A stretch of 64,000 nucleotides of DNA from Verrucomicrobiales bacterium. GTDB lineage: Bacteria > Verrucomicrobiota > Verrucomicrobiia > Verrucomicrobiales > V1-33. This document shows positions 30,229 through 43,589 of the stretch, piece after piece. How positions within the stretch are numbered: the first letter of the stretch is position 1; the number at the start of each line of letters is the position of its first letter. Both the position numbers and the translations under genes were made by a program. The notes under the pieces were generated by a model. That model did not search any database. It saw nothing but the letters and a program-made list of their open reading frames with translations, and was not told where the DNA came from. The stretch spans positions 1-64,000 of the forward strand of contig JANOAV010000048.1 of assembly GCA_031411295.1 (NCBI GenBank), written 5' to 3'.

Positions 30229-31030
30229 ATGCCCATCCATCGCACGCTTAACCTCCGCACCGTCACTGACGACGAGTTCGAGATCATTGATGCTGCCGTG
30301 ATGCGCTGCGCATATGAAGTGCAGAACGAGTTTGGGCGACTTTTTGATGAGCGGGTCTATGAGAATGCGCTTGCGGCCAAACTGCGTGAGGAAGGCTTCG
30401 AGGTTCATGCTCAGGTGCCCGTCAAATTGAGCCACGGTAGTTTTGCGAAAACTTATTTTCTCGACCTTGTCGTGAACGACATGATTTACGAACTGAAAGT
30501 TGTTCACGAACTCGCAGCGGAGCACGAGGCGCAGGCGTTGCACTACGCCATGCTGCAAAATGTCCGTCATGCCAAGCTTCTCAACTTTGGCGGGCCCAGA
30601 GTGCAGGGGAAAGTAAAGTATAACGTGATTGCCGAGGCTACACGCTATCAACCCATGCTTCGCAAATCTGGCTGGCAGATCAGAACGCCGCAATGCGAGA
30701 AACTGATAAACTACTTCCGAGCACTGCTCGCTGATTGGGGGACGCACTTGTCCAGCCAATCATACAATGAAGCGCTGGTTCATCACTGCGGAGGAGAGGA
30801 ACATTGCCTCGCTCGCGTTGAACTGAGTGCTGGTGCGCTCAAGCTCGGGAGCCATCTGGTGCAATTGCATGCACCGAACCATGCTTTCGCGCTCACCTGC
30901 CTGACGACCAACCAAGATGCTTATCAACAGCACTTGGAAACCCTCCTCAAACATGCTCCGCTCGAAGCCATTCAGTGGATTAACCTCAATCACTCCCGAG
31001 TTGAAATCACAACTCTTAACCAAAGCAGAA

Positions 31031-31059
<29 letters not shown>
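30229..31059 (+). CDS. GxxExxY-family PD-(D/E)XK nuclease-like protein with a C-terminal extension
   Basis: FGRLFDERVYENAL, LDLVVNDMIYELK, HEAQALHY...LLNFG. Confidence 0.85.
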
Positions 31060-33617
<2,558 letters not shown>

Positions 33618-33771
33618 AGCATTAGATGGAAGGATTCCTCGGCAGTGAGGAGCAGGATAAGGGGCTCGTGCGTGCCAACGGCGTAGTCCACAATATGTTT
33701 GACGGATTTGCAATGGATCGCTAAAACCCGACGCACGATACTCACAAACCTCTGTCACTCGTAATCCATCC

Positions 33772-34740
33772 ATGAAACTCAACCTTACCGCCCTGCTCAC
33801 TTGCCTCTTTGGGCTCCTGACCATTTTCCAAAACTCGGCTCCGGGCGCAGAGGACCGTAAAACGAAGAGTCGTGGCACCATAGGCGTTTCCCTGCTGACG
33901 CTCGACAATCCGTTTTTCAAGGTGATTGGCGATAACATCACGGCGGAAGCGAAGAAGGCCGGGTATGAAACGGTGGTCGTGAGTGGCGACAAGGACGGAG
34001 CCAAGCAGGGGAATCAGGTGAAAGATTTCATTGTCAAAAAAGTCAGCGCCATCGTGCTCAGTCCTTGCGACTCGAAGGCGATTATCCCGGTGATTCAGGA
34101 AGCAAACGCCGCGGGGATTCCAGTCTTCACGGTGGATATTCCCTGCAATGAGCCCGGCGTGAAAATTGTCACCCAAGTGGCGACGGATAATTACGGTGGC
34201 GGCAAGGAAGCTGGCAAGGCCATGATCGAAGCCCTAGGCGAGGCGGGTGGCAAGATTGCGGTGCTGCACTTGAAACAGGCGGAATCCTGCATCCTGCGCG
34301 TCAAAGGTTTCACAGAGGTGATCAATGAGCACAACGCCACCGGCAAAGCCAAAATTGAGATCGTAACCGAACTGGAATGCGGTGGGGCCAAAGACGGCGG
34401 CTACAAGGCTGCGGAAGACGGGGTGCAGGCCCATGGGGATCTGCGCGGCATCTTTGCGATCAATGATCCGGCGGCTTTGGGCGCGCGGGCGGCTTTGGAG
34501 AAGGCGGGGAAGGCGGAGCAAATTGTGATCGTGGGTTTCGACGGTCAACCGGAAGGGAAACAGGCGATCAAGGATGGAAAAATTTATGCGGATCCAATTC
34601 AGTTTCCCGAGAAGTTAGGAACGATGGTGGCACAAGCGATTGTGCGTTACTCCAAGGGCGAGACGTTGCCGCCACAGATGCTGATCCCGACCAGCTTGTA
34701 TCGCAAAGCGGATGGATTGAAGGATCCCGAATTGAAATAA
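33772..34740 (+). CDS. Sugar ABC transporter substrate-binding protein (RbsB-like)
   Basis: TLDNPFF, ATDNYGGG, FAINDPAALGA, VGFDG. Confidence 0.92.
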   Translation: MKLNLTALLTCLFGLLTIFQNSAPGAEDRKTKSRGTIGVSLLTLDNPFFKVIGDNITAEAKKAGYETVVVSGDKDGAKQGNQVKDFIVKKVSAIVLSPCDSKAIIPVIQEANAAGIPVFTVDIPCNEPGVKIVTQVATDNYGGGKEAGKAMIEALGEAGGKIAVLHLKQAESCILRVKGFTEVINEHNATGKAKIEIVTELECGGAKDGGYKAAEDGVQAHGDLRGIFAINDPAALGARAALEKAGKAEQIVIVGFDGQPEGKQAIKDGKIYADPIQFPEKLGTMVAQAIVRYSKGETLPPQMLIPTSLYRKADGLKDPELK

Positions 34741-34747
34741 CGCTGAC

Positions 34748-36238
34748 GTGCCTGCTGCCGCTTTGTTGCTGAACATGCGGGGAATCGTGAAGACGTTTCC
34801 CGGTGTGAAAGCGTTGCAGGGAGTGGATCTGAGGCTCCATCAAGGTGAGGTGCTGGCTCTGTTAGGTGAAAATGGCGCGGGCAAAAGCACGCTGATGCGC
34901 GTGCTGGGTGGCGCGCATGAATGCGACGACGGAGTGATTGAAATTGATGGTCACACGGTGCGATTGCGCACGCCGCAGGATTCGCGGCAAGCCGGGGTGG
35001 CGGTCATTTATCAGGAGTTCAACTTGGTGCCCGGGCTCAACGCAGTGGAGAATATTTTTCTGGGCAAAGAGATCACACAGGGTGGATTCATCGCGCAAAA
35101 ACAGGAACGGAAACTGGCGACGGAATTGTTCGAACGGCTTGGGATCACCATGGATTTGGAGCTGCCTTGTCGGCTGCTCACTACGGCTCAGCAGCAGTTA
35201 GTGGAAATCGCCAAAGCGCTGGCATTCGATGCGCGGATCATCGTGATGGATGAACCCAGCGCAGCTCTAACATCGAACGAAGTGGAGCGGCTTTTCCTGA
35301 TCATTCGCGATCTGCAAAGCCGCGGGATGGGGATCATTTACATCAGTCATCGGTTGGATGAAATTTCCCTGATAGCTGACCGTGTCTCCATCTTGCGTGA
35401 TGGACAGAATGTGGGCGAACGTCCCATCGGTGAGATTACCAAGCAGGAAATGATCGAAATGATGGTGGGACGCGAGTTGAAGGATGAGTTTCCCGTCCGG
35501 CAGCGTAATCCAGGGCCCGTGCGTTTGGAGGTTAAGCATCTCAGCCGAGGTCGGGCGGTGCAGGAGGTTTCGTTCAGCGTGCGAGGCGGGGAAATCCTGG
35601 CGCTGGCGGGCTTTGTGGGGGCGGGACGCACGGAAACGGTGCGGCTGATTTTTGGCGCAGAGCCGCGGGAATCGGGCGAAATTTATCTGGATGGAAAGTT
35701 GCTGCGGAATTGCTCTCCGCAGGAGGCGATTGCGGCGGGGATTGGCTTGCTGACGGAGGATCGGAAGTCGCAAGGGTTGGTGTTGGCGCATGCGGTGCGG
35801 GAGAATTTTGCGTTGCCGAATTTGGAGCGGCTTTCGAGCACTGGCTTTGTGCGACAGCGGGCAGAGCGCGCGGAGTTCGGCAAGTTTGTTGATTTACTGA
35901 AGATCAAGATTCCGCATCAGGAACAGCGCGCAGGCAACCTGTCGGGCGGCAATCAACAGAAGGTGGTGCTGGCCAAATGGTTGGCGCGCCATTGTGAGGT
36001 GCTGATTTTCGACGAACCCACGCGAGGCATTGATGCGGGAGCGAAGTATGAAATTTACCTGCTGATGAATGAGTTGGCGGCACAGGGGAAATGCATCATC
36101 ATGATCAGTTCGGAATTGCCCGAAGTATTGGGGATGGCGGATCGCGTGCTGGTGATGCATGAAGGCCGGGTGACGGGCGAAATCGCGGATGCCAGCACCG
36201 CCACGCAAGAACAGATTATGCAGCTCGCTGTCGCTTAA
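34748..36238 (+). CDS. Sugar ABC transporter ATP-binding protein (RbsA-like, two ABC domains)
   Basis: GENGAGKSTL, MDEPSAAL, LSGGNQQKVVLAKWL, DEPTRGID. Confidence 0.95.
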   Translation: MPAAALLLNMRGIVKTFPGVKALQGVDLRLHQGEVLALLGENGAGKSTLMRVLGGAHECDDGVIEIDGHTVRLRTPQDSRQAGVAVIYQEFNLVPGLNAVENIFLGKEITQGGFIAQKQERKLATELFERLGITMDLELPCRLLTTAQQQLVEIAKALAFDARIIVMDEPSAALTSNEVERLFLIIRDLQSRGMGIIYISHRLDEISLIADRVSILRDGQNVGERPIGEITKQEMIEMMVGRELKDEFPVRQRNPGPVRLEVKHLSRGRAVQEVSFSVRGGEILALAGFVGAGRTETVRLIFGAEPRESGEIYLDGKLLRNCSPQEAIAAGIGLLTEDRKSQGLVLAHAVRENFALPNLERLSSTGFVRQRAERAEFGKFVDLLKIKIPHQEQRAGNLSGGNQQKVVLAKWLARHCEVLIFDEPTRGIDAGAKYEIYLLMNELAAQGKCIIMISSELPEVLGMADRVLVMHEGRVTGEIADASTATQEQIMQLAVA

Positions 36239-36241
36239 AAG

Positions 36242-37564
36242 ATGAAACCAATCTTCCAAAAATTTCTCACTGACTACGGCATGATTTTCGTGCTGCTGTT
36301 ACTCTGCGTTTTCTTCAGCGTGGTGACTTACAGCGAGCAATCTCCCACTGGCGAGACCGGAGCGGAACAGGTCTCGGAGGAAATCCTGCGTTCGTTTAAG
36401 CCGGGCGCACAGGTGCTGATTGTAGCGACGGACCAGAAGGATGACGTGGTGTTTGCCGACAAACTGGAGCAGGAGTTGACGAGCCACGGCATGAAAGTGG
36501 CAGGGCTGGTCAAGGGGGAGCCCAAAGACGCTCGGGAGGCTCTGCTGAAGCTGGCGGCGGGCGGTGGGAAACTAGCGGCTATTGCCTGCACTCAGGTTTC
36601 CGGGGATTGGTTGGTGTTCAGTGATCTGGCGGCGGATTTTCCCACCTTGGGCGAGCCACCGTTGCAGCTGCCGAAGAGTTATCGGTGGCCTAATTTCCTG
36701 AAAATGAACAACCTGTTAAACGTCGCCAATCAGATTGCGGTGATTGCGATTCTGGCCATCGGTATGACGCTGGTGATCATTACGGGCGGCATCGATTTGT
36801 CCGTCGGAAGCCTGATCGCGCTGTCGTCGGTGGTGGCGACACGGTTGATTCGGGATTATGCCGGCGGCCTGCAAGCATCGATGGGTGGAATGCTGGGTGC
36901 GGCGGCGGTGGCCATCGTGATCTGTGGAATGGTCGGCGGGTTCTCGGGCTTCATGATCACGCGGTTTCGTATTCCGCCATTTATTGTCACCCTGGCGATG
37001 ATGTTAGTTACGAGCGGACTGGCTTACACGCTGGCGAACAATCAGTCGATCTACCAACTGCCGGATTCGTTCGTCTGGTTGGGGCGCGGAGCGGATTGGT
37101 TTGGGCTGCCCAATGCGGTGGTTCTGATGCTGGGCCTCTATGCGCTGGCCCACGTGCTGATGTCCCGCATGAAACTGGGCCGTTACGTTTATGCCGTGGG
37201 CGGCAACAGTGAGGCGGCCCGCCTCTCCGGCGTGCCCGTGCGTCGGGTGCTGATGTTTGCCTATGTGGCTTGCGGGCTGCTGGCGGGCCTGGGTGGGGTG
37301 ATCATGGCTTCGTTGTTGAAGAGTGGCTCCGGGACGTATGGGAACATGTATGAGCTGTATGTCATCGCAGCGGTGGTCGTCGGTGGGACCAGCCTGAGTG
37401 GCGGGGAAGGCAAGATGCTGGGCACGCTGATCGGGGCGTTCACCATAGCCGTGATTCAGAACGGCATGAACTTAACCAATGTGGAAAGTAACATGCAGAA
37501 AATTGTCCTGGGCCTGGTGATTCTGGGCGCGGTGTTGCTGGACAAGCTGCGGCATGCCAAATAA
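36242..37564 (+). CDS. Sugar ABC transporter permease (RbsC-like) with an extra soluble domain
   Basis: IITGGIDLSVGS, IPPFIVTL, AVGGNSEAARLSG, YELYVIAAVVVGGTSLSGG. Confidence 0.93.
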   Translation: MKPIFQKFLTDYGMIFVLLLLCVFFSVVTYSEQSPTGETGAEQVSEEILRSFKPGAQVLIVATDQKDDVVFADKLEQELTSHGMKVAGLVKGEPKDAREALLKLAAGGGKLAAIACTQVSGDWLVFSDLAADFPTLGEPPLQLPKSYRWPNFLKMNNLLNVANQIAVIAILAIGMTLVIITGGIDLSVGSLIALSSVVATRLIRDYAGGLQASMGGMLGAAAVAIVICGMVGGFSGFMITRFRIPPFIVTLAMMLVTSGLAYTLANNQSIYQLPDSFVWLGRGADWFGLPNAVVLMLGLYALAHVLMSRMKLGRYVYAVGGNSEAARLSGVPVRRVLMFAYVACGLLAGLGGVIMASLLKSGSGTYGNMYELYVIAAVVVGGTSLSGGEGKMLGTLIGAFTIAVIQNGMNLTNVESNMQKIVLGLVILGAVLLDKLRHAK

Positions 37565-37692
37565 ACTGCGGCCGATCCATGCGATCGGCAAATTAATCCT
37601 TCGCCAAACAAGTGATGTTGCAGCATATTGGTAGCAGCAGAGCATCGACTCTGAGGCTCGTTTACTTAGAAAACTAAATCCATCATTAGATC

Positions 37693-38151
37693 ATGAAACC
37701 CTCTCGCCATCTCACCAGAATTCTCTCCTGCCTGACGTCCGCCTGCGCCTTAGGCGGGCTCCGCGCAGAACCGACGGAAAAAGGTTTCCGTTTCCCAGCA
37801 GGGGAAGCCGAAGCAGGTCGGGAGGCGTTTATTAAGCTCAACTGCATTCAGTGCCACGGGGTCTCCAAGACGGATCTTCCCGCCGTGAACGGCACGAAGT
37901 TACTGCAAATTAAGCTTGGCAGTAAATTGATCGGAGCCAAGAAATATGAGGACATCGTTTTTGCCATTACCAATCCGAAGCATTTCCTGACGGAGCGCTA
38001 CAAGGAGCTGTTGTCGAAAGCCGAGTTGCAAGGCAGCATTGAGCCACTGATGCCGGATCTGACCAAGGACATGAGCGCCAAGCAGTTGATGGACATCGTG
38101 ACATTTTTGGATTCCGTTTACCGCAAGGAGCAGCCGGAATACGGCAAGTAA
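37693..38151 (+). CDS. Monoheme c-type cytochrome
   Basis: Signal peptide, CIQCH, distal MP. Confidence 0.85.
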   Translation: MKPSRHLTRILSCLTSACALGGLRAEPTEKGFRFPAGEAEAGREAFIKLNCIQCHGVSKTDLPAVNGTKLLQIKLGSKLIGAKKYEDIVFAITNPKHFLTERYKELLSKAELQGSIEPLMPDLTKDMSAKQLMDIVTFLDSVYRKEQPEYGK

Positions 38152-38154
38152 GGG

Positions 38155-39291
38155 CTAGAGCCGACCGTAGAAGCCACCATGAATTTCAGCATCCGCCCTG
38201 ACCACCGCGGGGGAAACAGGGCAAAGCTGGCGCGCGGTGCGCAGGCGTTCGGCGGCCTCTAATTTCCAGCCTTGGCGGAAATCCGAGATTGCCAGGTAGG
38301 CGATTGCGAAGGCCTTCCATTCATCTGCGTCTGCATGGCGCTCCAGCGGATACAGTAAGGTGCGGCCTTCCATGTGGTGGCCAAGCTCAATGTGAATGGC
38401 CCCGACCATGGCGCAGAGCATGGAGCTGGGTTGCGCTTGCTCAAGCTCATCGGTCGTGCTGGCGAGCGCAGCCTCTGAGAGGGAGGGTTCTTTCGGGTGC
38501 TCCAAGGCGGCGGTTAGTAACTGGACGCGCCAGACCGTGCGTTCCCGGGTCGTAAGCGCGGGGAGTGCCAACGCTTGCTGAATAATGTGAAGGACGTCCG
38601 CCGTGCGTTTGGCTAGGGTCGCACGGAAGTAACCAACATACAGGGCCTCAGCCTCGGGAGTAAATTCCTGGGGGGTGCCGTCCTTGGTCCCAGTTGGATC
38701 CGTTGGATTCTGGCGGAGCAACTCTTCGTAAGTGCTGCATTTGGGAAAGGACTTCGACCGGAGGGTGAGGAGCATTTGGAGCCCATCATTGTTGGGATTT
38801 CCCCCCGTTCCCTGAACCGGCCAGACATTGTAGATCACGGATAGGGCCGATAAAACACAAGTGATGGCCATCACCTGCGCCAGCACTTGATGCAAGGCTG
38901 CTCCATCCATGCCTTGAGCGTCGAACCAACGGTAGCCAAAAAAGGCAGCCACCCCACAAAGCGCGGAGAAGAGTGGCCCACCGAAGCTCAAGAGGAACCG
39001 CTCCAATTTGGATTCCGTGCCGCTGAGTTTCAGGGCGACAATATATCCTGAAACGGGCCACAGGTGGAATTCCCAGAGGCTGGACACTGTCTCCCGTCGC
39101 CACCAAAGTTTGCCTTCGCCCACGCTAAAGGCCACGGGCTGGTAGCCACAGAGCTTTGCCATCAGCCAATGGCCGAATTCGTGCAGCATGATTTCGATCC
39201 ACAAAAGGAGCACGATACATCCAACTCCGAAAATGCTCCACCCGGGATCATCGAGGAAAAGGCTGTTGGCAGAGTTGAATTTGGCTAACAC
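38155..39291 (-). CDS. M50 (site-2 protease) family metallopeptidase with a TPR-like C-terminus
   Basis: LHEFGH, GGP, YNVWP...NNDG; start uncertain. Confidence 0.8.
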   Translation of the reverse strand: MLAKFNSANSLFLDDPGWSIFGVGCIVLLLWIEIMLHEFGHWLMAKLCGYQPVAFSVGEGKLWWRRETVSSLWEFHLWPVSGYIVALKLSGTESKLERFLLSFGGPLFSALCGVAAFFGYRWFDAQGMDGAALHQVLAQVMAITCVLSALSVIYNVWPVQGTGGNPNNDGLQMLLTLRSKSFPKCSTYEELLRQNPTDPTGTKDGTPQEFTPEAEALYVGYFRATLAKRTADVLHIIQQALALPALTTRERTVWRVQLLTAALEHPKEPSLSEAALASTTDELEQAQPSSMLCAMVGAIHIELGHHMEGRTLLYPLERHADADEWKAFAIAYLAISDFRQGWKLEAAERLRTARQLCPVSPAVVRADAEIHGGFYGRL

Positions 39292-39389
39292 AGTGGAACT
39301 ATGCCAATGCTCTCGGGATGTGCCAGTGGAATTTCTTGATGGCTGTTTTTGTGGTTGAGGTGGGCGGCCAGCTGAATGAGGCTGCCGGC

Positions 39390-40358
39390 ATGGCAGCCAA
39401 GGTAAAAACCGTCACCCAGCTTAGTGTGGGCAAATTCTTCAAGGATCGTGGAAAAGTGCTTCACCTCACTTTACTGGGATCGGATCGTGGACTGGATCGG
39501 AACATCATGGAACCGTCCGTGAATCGCCCCGGGTTGGCGCTGGGAGGGTTCTTCAATTATTTTCCGTATAAACGGCTGCAGGTGCTGGGAAACTCGGAGA
39601 TTAGCTACCTGCAAAGTTTACCGGATGATCAGGCCGCCAAAGCGTTCAATCGAATGTGCGAGTGGGAAATCCCCTGTCTGGTGATCTCCCGAGGTCAGAC
39701 CCTGCCGCGGCCGTTGATCCAACTGGCGGATGCGGCGGGGATTTCTGTGTTCAAGACGACCATGAATACCATGAAATTTATTAACATGGCCACCCTCTGG
39801 CTGGAGTGGGATTTCGCGCCCTCCACCCAAGAACACGGCTGCATGGTGGATCTCCAGGGGATTGGGGTCTTCATTCGTGGAGAGAGTGGGACCGGGAAGA
39901 GTGAAACGGTCCTGGGCTTGCTGGAACGGGGTTGCGCTTTGGTGGCGGACGATTCCGTGCATTTCCGCGCCCCGGAAGGTCGTGAATTAATCGGAACTTC
40001 CAAGGAACTGGGGCGCTACCATATGGAAGTCCGCGGGATTGGCCTGGTCAATGTGCCGCTGATGTTCGGTGTCGGCAGTATGCGGGTGGAGAAGCGACTG
40101 GACTTGGTGGTGACGCTGGAGCGCGTGGCCTATGAAGACTTGGGCAATATGGAGCGGGTGGGGGCGCAGCAGGAGTTCTACACCATTTTAGGCGTCAAAG
40201 TCCCCCACGTCCGCCTGCCGGTAGCCGCCGGCCGGGACATGGCCCGGTTGGTGGAGGTAGCCGCGTTGGATCAAAAATTAAGAGGATTCGGCGTGAATGT
40301 CGCTGATGAATTCAGTCAAAAACTACTTAATTTCATGAATCATCACTCCAGCGAATAA
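39390..40358 (+). CDS. hprK: HPr(Ser) kinase/phosphorylase
   Basis: NRPGLALGG, GESGTGKSE, LVADD, MEVRGIG, PVAAGRD. Confidence 0.96.
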   Translation: MAAKVKTVTQLSVGKFFKDRGKVLHLTLLGSDRGLDRNIMEPSVNRPGLALGGFFNYFPYKRLQVLGNSEISYLQSLPDDQAAKAFNRMCEWEIPCLVISRGQTLPRPLIQLADAAGISVFKTTMNTMKFINMATLWLEWDFAPSTQEHGCMVDLQGIGVFIRGESGTGKSETVLGLLERGCALVADDSVHFRAPEGRELIGTSKELGRYHMEVRGIGLVNVPLMFGVGSMRVEKRLDLVVTLERVAYEDLGNMERVGAQQEFYTILGVKVPHVRLPVAAGRDMARLVEVAALDQKLRGFGVNVADEFSQKLLNFMNHHSSE

Positions 40359-40469
40359 TCCCTGAGGCAGTAACCAAATCTGCAAATGCTGCCAAATCGA
40401 CCAAATCGACTCTCGGATTCAGTTGCAGATTGACCTGCTGAACGCATTTGGTTATTTGCTAATAGCATT

Positions 40470-41108
40470 ATGAAATTCCCATTTTTCTCCCTCATTGGTG
40501 CGCTGGCAGGGCTTGGATGGATCGGCACTTCCCATGGTGCTGTGCTCAGCAACGAAATTTTACTCAGCGGCAGAGGAGGGGGCACCCTAGCTGGTGGACC
40601 CTACGCTAACGACTGCAGCCTTGGGGGGAGGTTGACGGCAGGAGCCTTTGCCAGTCAGGGAATATTCGAACTTTACAGCACCACCACCAATGCCTGCATC
40701 GATCTGAAAGCTGGCGGGGGATCACTGGGCGTCGCCCATAGCTGGTTTTTGATCAGCCCGGGAGCAGAGATTTCCCCAGCGACGGTAGCCTCGTTTCCTA
40801 ATTTGCTAGGCACCGGCACGACGGTGAGTGCGAGTTTGGACACGGTCTTCTACCTCGGGGTGTGGACGGATACCACCAGTGCCAATGGCATGTTGCCCGG
40901 ACCTTCGGTGGGGGATCATTTCGGTTGGGCGCAAGTAGTCAACGAGAGCACCGGTTTGCGCCTCATCAGCCAGGCGAGCGAGACCACGGGGGCAGGGATT
41001 TATGCGGCCACGCTGACGGTGGTGCCAGAGCCAGCAAACCTCGGCTTGCTCTGCGGGGGGCTTTTGGTGCTATCGCGCGCCCATCGCAGGGGCCGCAAAA
41101 CCAGGTAA
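40470..41108 (+). CDS. PEP-CTERM sorting-domain protein
   Basis: Signal peptide; VPEP + hydrophobic helix + RRGRK. Confidence 0.85.
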   Translation: MKFPFFSLIGALAGLGWIGTSHGAVLSNEILLSGRGGGTLAGGPYANDCSLGGRLTAGAFASQGIFELYSTTTNACIDLKAGGGSLGVAHSWFLISPGAEISPATVASFPNLLGTGTTVSASLDTVFYLGVWTDTTSANGMLPGPSVGDHFGWAQVVNESTGLRLISQASETTGAGIYAATLTVVPEPANLGLLCGGLLVLSRAHRRGRKTR

Positions 41109-41233
41109 GCCAAGTCCGCCGCCCGGAGAATTAATCTTGCCCATTGGCAAACCAATGGTTGACCAGTGGGCGGCATTGGCTATTTCATGCGGAACGGATC
41201 TTTTCCCCCCGCCTCAGCCCCCCATATCCCATC

Positions 41234-41503
41234 ATGACACAGGAATTCACCATCCCGAACAAACTCGGTCTGCACGCCAGGCCTGCGGCCATGTTCGTGA
41301 AGTTGAGTGGTTCCTTCAAAGCGGAGATCTGGGTCGAAAAAGATGACGAACAAGTCAACGGCAAGAGCATTATGGGACTCATGATGTTGGCGGCCGGCTT
41401 CGGAGCCAAAATCACCGTTACCACCGAAGGAGAGCAAGCGGCCGAGGCCATGGAGGCTATCGCAGGTCTGATCAACAGTGGGTTCAAGGAAGGCGTGGTC
41501 TAG
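41234..41503 (+). CDS. ptsH: Phosphocarrier protein HPr
   Basis: NKLGLHARPAA, VNGKSIMGLMMLAA. Confidence 0.96.
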   Translation: MTQEFTIPNKLGLHARPAAMFVKLSGSFKAEIWVEKDDEQVNGKSIMGLMMLAAGFGAKITVTTEGEQAAEAMEAIAGLINSGFKEGVV

Positions 41504-41508
41504 TCCGG

Positions 41509-42039
41509 CTAATGGACTTCCGTCCCTTCGAAGGAGATTTTGGTGGTGGCAACGTTCAACAACGGACCCAGCTCGTAAACGTTGGTATAGCCGTAGGTTG
41601 CCAACGCAACATAGGTGGAAATATTGAGTGACGCGGCTGCACATTTGGCCGTAAAGGCCACTGGGCTGCCTTCGAAGTTGTTATTACAATAGATCAAGAC
41701 TCGGGTGTCCTTGTCCGGAATCGCTTTGGCGAGTGATTCCGCGGTGAAATCCGTAAAAGGCAGGCTGATGGCTCCGGTGATGTGCCGCAGGGCATATTTA
41801 TCCGCACTCCGGGCGTCCAGTATTACTACGTCCCCGGTTCCCACCTGGGCAGCTTGCTTGAGGAATTCGGCTTCGGTTAAGCGACACTGCTGGCGAATGG
41901 GCTCAACTTTTCGGGCGATTTCGAGATACTTGGGGTAGTCGATCAACCGATTGGGAATGGTTGGCTTCGGCTCACCCGCAGGGAGGTTGAGAGGGAGCAC
42001 CGTGGAGAGCGTGAACAGGATGGTAGGCAGTATTTTCAT
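41509..42039 (-). CDS. Secreted rhodanese-like domain protein
   Basis: ILDARS...HITGA...LIYCNNN...YGYTNVYEL. Confidence 0.85.
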   Translation of the reverse strand: MKILPTILFTLSTVLPLNLPAGEPKPTIPNRLIDYPKYLEIARKVEPIRQQCRLTEAEFLKQAAQVGTGDVVILDARSADKYALRHITGAISLPFTDFTAESLAKAIPDKDTRVLIYCNNNFEGSPVAFTAKCAAASLNISTYVALATYGYTNVYELGPLLNVATTKISFEGTEVH

Positions 42040-42187
42040 AGGCAGCAAATTACATCGGCCGGATCACTTTGTGTCAGGCAGAGGTAAAAGGATTGTCAAA
42101 AGATTGTCAGGGCGCGAGCTGCGCAATTCCCGACCGGCACATGGAGTGCTCCTTGATTTTACCCAAACAGAGGGGAAAAGGATACCG

Positions 42188-42934
42188 ATGAAATCTCCCT
42201 CCCTGGCGACGTTACGTGTGCTGCTTCCCTTGATCTTGCTGGGCGGTCTGGGAGTATTTTTGTGGAGGCAGGATCATCGCTCGCAAACGTCGTCGGACAC
42301 GTTGGAAACTGCGATCGACGAATCTGGAAGAGTAACCACGGAGGACTTTGCAGCCGCGCCCGTCGGCGGGCTTCCGACGGGTTGGGAGGCTCCGCGGGGG
42401 ACGTTTCAAGTGGCGAAGGGAGTTTTTGGTCAGGTGTTGGAGTTCAGCCCCGAACCCATGGTGGAAGGCCGGGTCGTGGTGCCTGGAGTTCTCAAGGGCG
42501 GCGGCACGGTAAGGGCACGGTTTCAGGGGGAACGGGCAAAACGCACCTTCCCACGTTTCGGGGTGGGCTTGGGGCAGGAGGCGGCCTTCAAGCTGCAAGC
42601 ACTGCCAGGAGAAAGTCAGCTTCGGCTGGTGCAAGCAGAGCAAATTATCGTCAACGCACAACCGATTGAGGAAGATCGCGTGTTGGCCAGCGTGCCTTGG
42701 ACTTGGCAGCCTGAAGCTTGGTGTTGGGTGGAGCTTTCCGTCAGGGCGAGTGGAAATAGTAGTGTTTGGGAAGGACGAGCCTGGGCCGAGGGGGCTTCGC
42801 GTCCGACCGAGGCCATGCTGAATGCCACCACCGAGGCCCCGCCAAAACTCATTCGTGCCACCCTGCACGTTGCTCCTTACGCGTTGAAACCAATCTATAT
42901 TAATCGGGTGGAAACCGTCCGCAGCGCGCGTTAA
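42188..42934 (+). CDS. Hypothetical membrane-anchored protein (beta-sandwich-like)
   Basis: N-terminal TM helix after ATG 42188; coding-like composition. Confidence 0.7.
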   Translation: MKSPSLATLRVLLPLILLGGLGVFLWRQDHRSQTSSDTLETAIDESGRVTTEDFAAAPVGGLPTGWEAPRGTFQVAKGVFGQVLEFSPEPMVEGRVVVPGVLKGGGTVRARFQGERAKRTFPRFGVGLGQEAAFKLQALPGESQLRLVQAEQIIVNAQPIEEDRVLASVPWTWQPEAWCWVELSVRASGNSSVWEGRAWAEGASRPTEAMLNATTEAPPKLIRATLHVAPYALKPIYINRVETVRSAR

Positions 42935-42937
42935 AAG

Positions 42938-43573
42938 CTAGGCAGGCGGCAGTTTGGGGCGTTTCACCTCAAATAAAGTGTCTTGGCTAGTGGCAGCAAA
43001 CCAGCTGTCTCCCAGTCGGCTCAACTGACGCAGTAAGGTGGGCTGGATTCTCCCACCAACGACCAGAGCTTGGTCAATATGGAATCGCACCACCTCACCG
43101 ATGACATAATTTGCCGCATCAGGACCGGACCCATGCGGCACGATCTTATGGAGCCGACATTCCAAGCTGAAAGGTGCCTCCGCCACTCGTTCGGGACGGA
43201 TGACTTGGCTGGGAGCAGGCGTAAACCCACTGCTCGGCCACTCGCTTTCCCCGTAGGGCAAGGGCAAGGACGTCAGCATCATGCCGTCGAGCATCTTATC
43301 ATTAACTAAATTTATGACATATTCACCCGTTTCCCGAATATTACGAAGCGTGTCCTTGTCCGTGCCATCGGCCTTGGTGCATGGGGAAAAGACTACCGAC
43401 GGTGGGTTGGCCCCGCCGGCGTTGAAAAAGGAGAAGGGAGCCAAATTCGGCTGGCCCAGCAGGGAAAGGGTAGAAACGAAGGCAATGGGCCTTGGTGCTA
43501 CGATGGCTACGAGCAGGTCGTAGGCATCCAGGCCTTCATAGCCAATGGTCGGATCAATGCAGAGATGAGCCAT
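42938..43573 (-). CDS. Flavin reductase family protein
   Basis: VAPRPIAFVST, NLAPFSFFN, KDTLRNIRETGEYVIN. Confidence 0.92.
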   Translation of the reverse strand: MAHLCIDPTIGYEGLDAYDLLVAIVAPRPIAFVSTLSLLGQPNLAPFSFFNAGGANPPSVVFSPCTKADGTDKDTLRNIRETGEYVINLVNDKMLDGMMLTSLPLPYGESEWPSSGFTPAPSQVIRPERVAEAPFSLECRLHKIVPHGSGPDAANYVIGEVVRFHIDQALVVGGRIQPTLLRQLSRLGDSWFAATSQDTLFEVKRPKLPPA

Positions 43574-43589
43574 AAGGTCGCCCTTCCGC

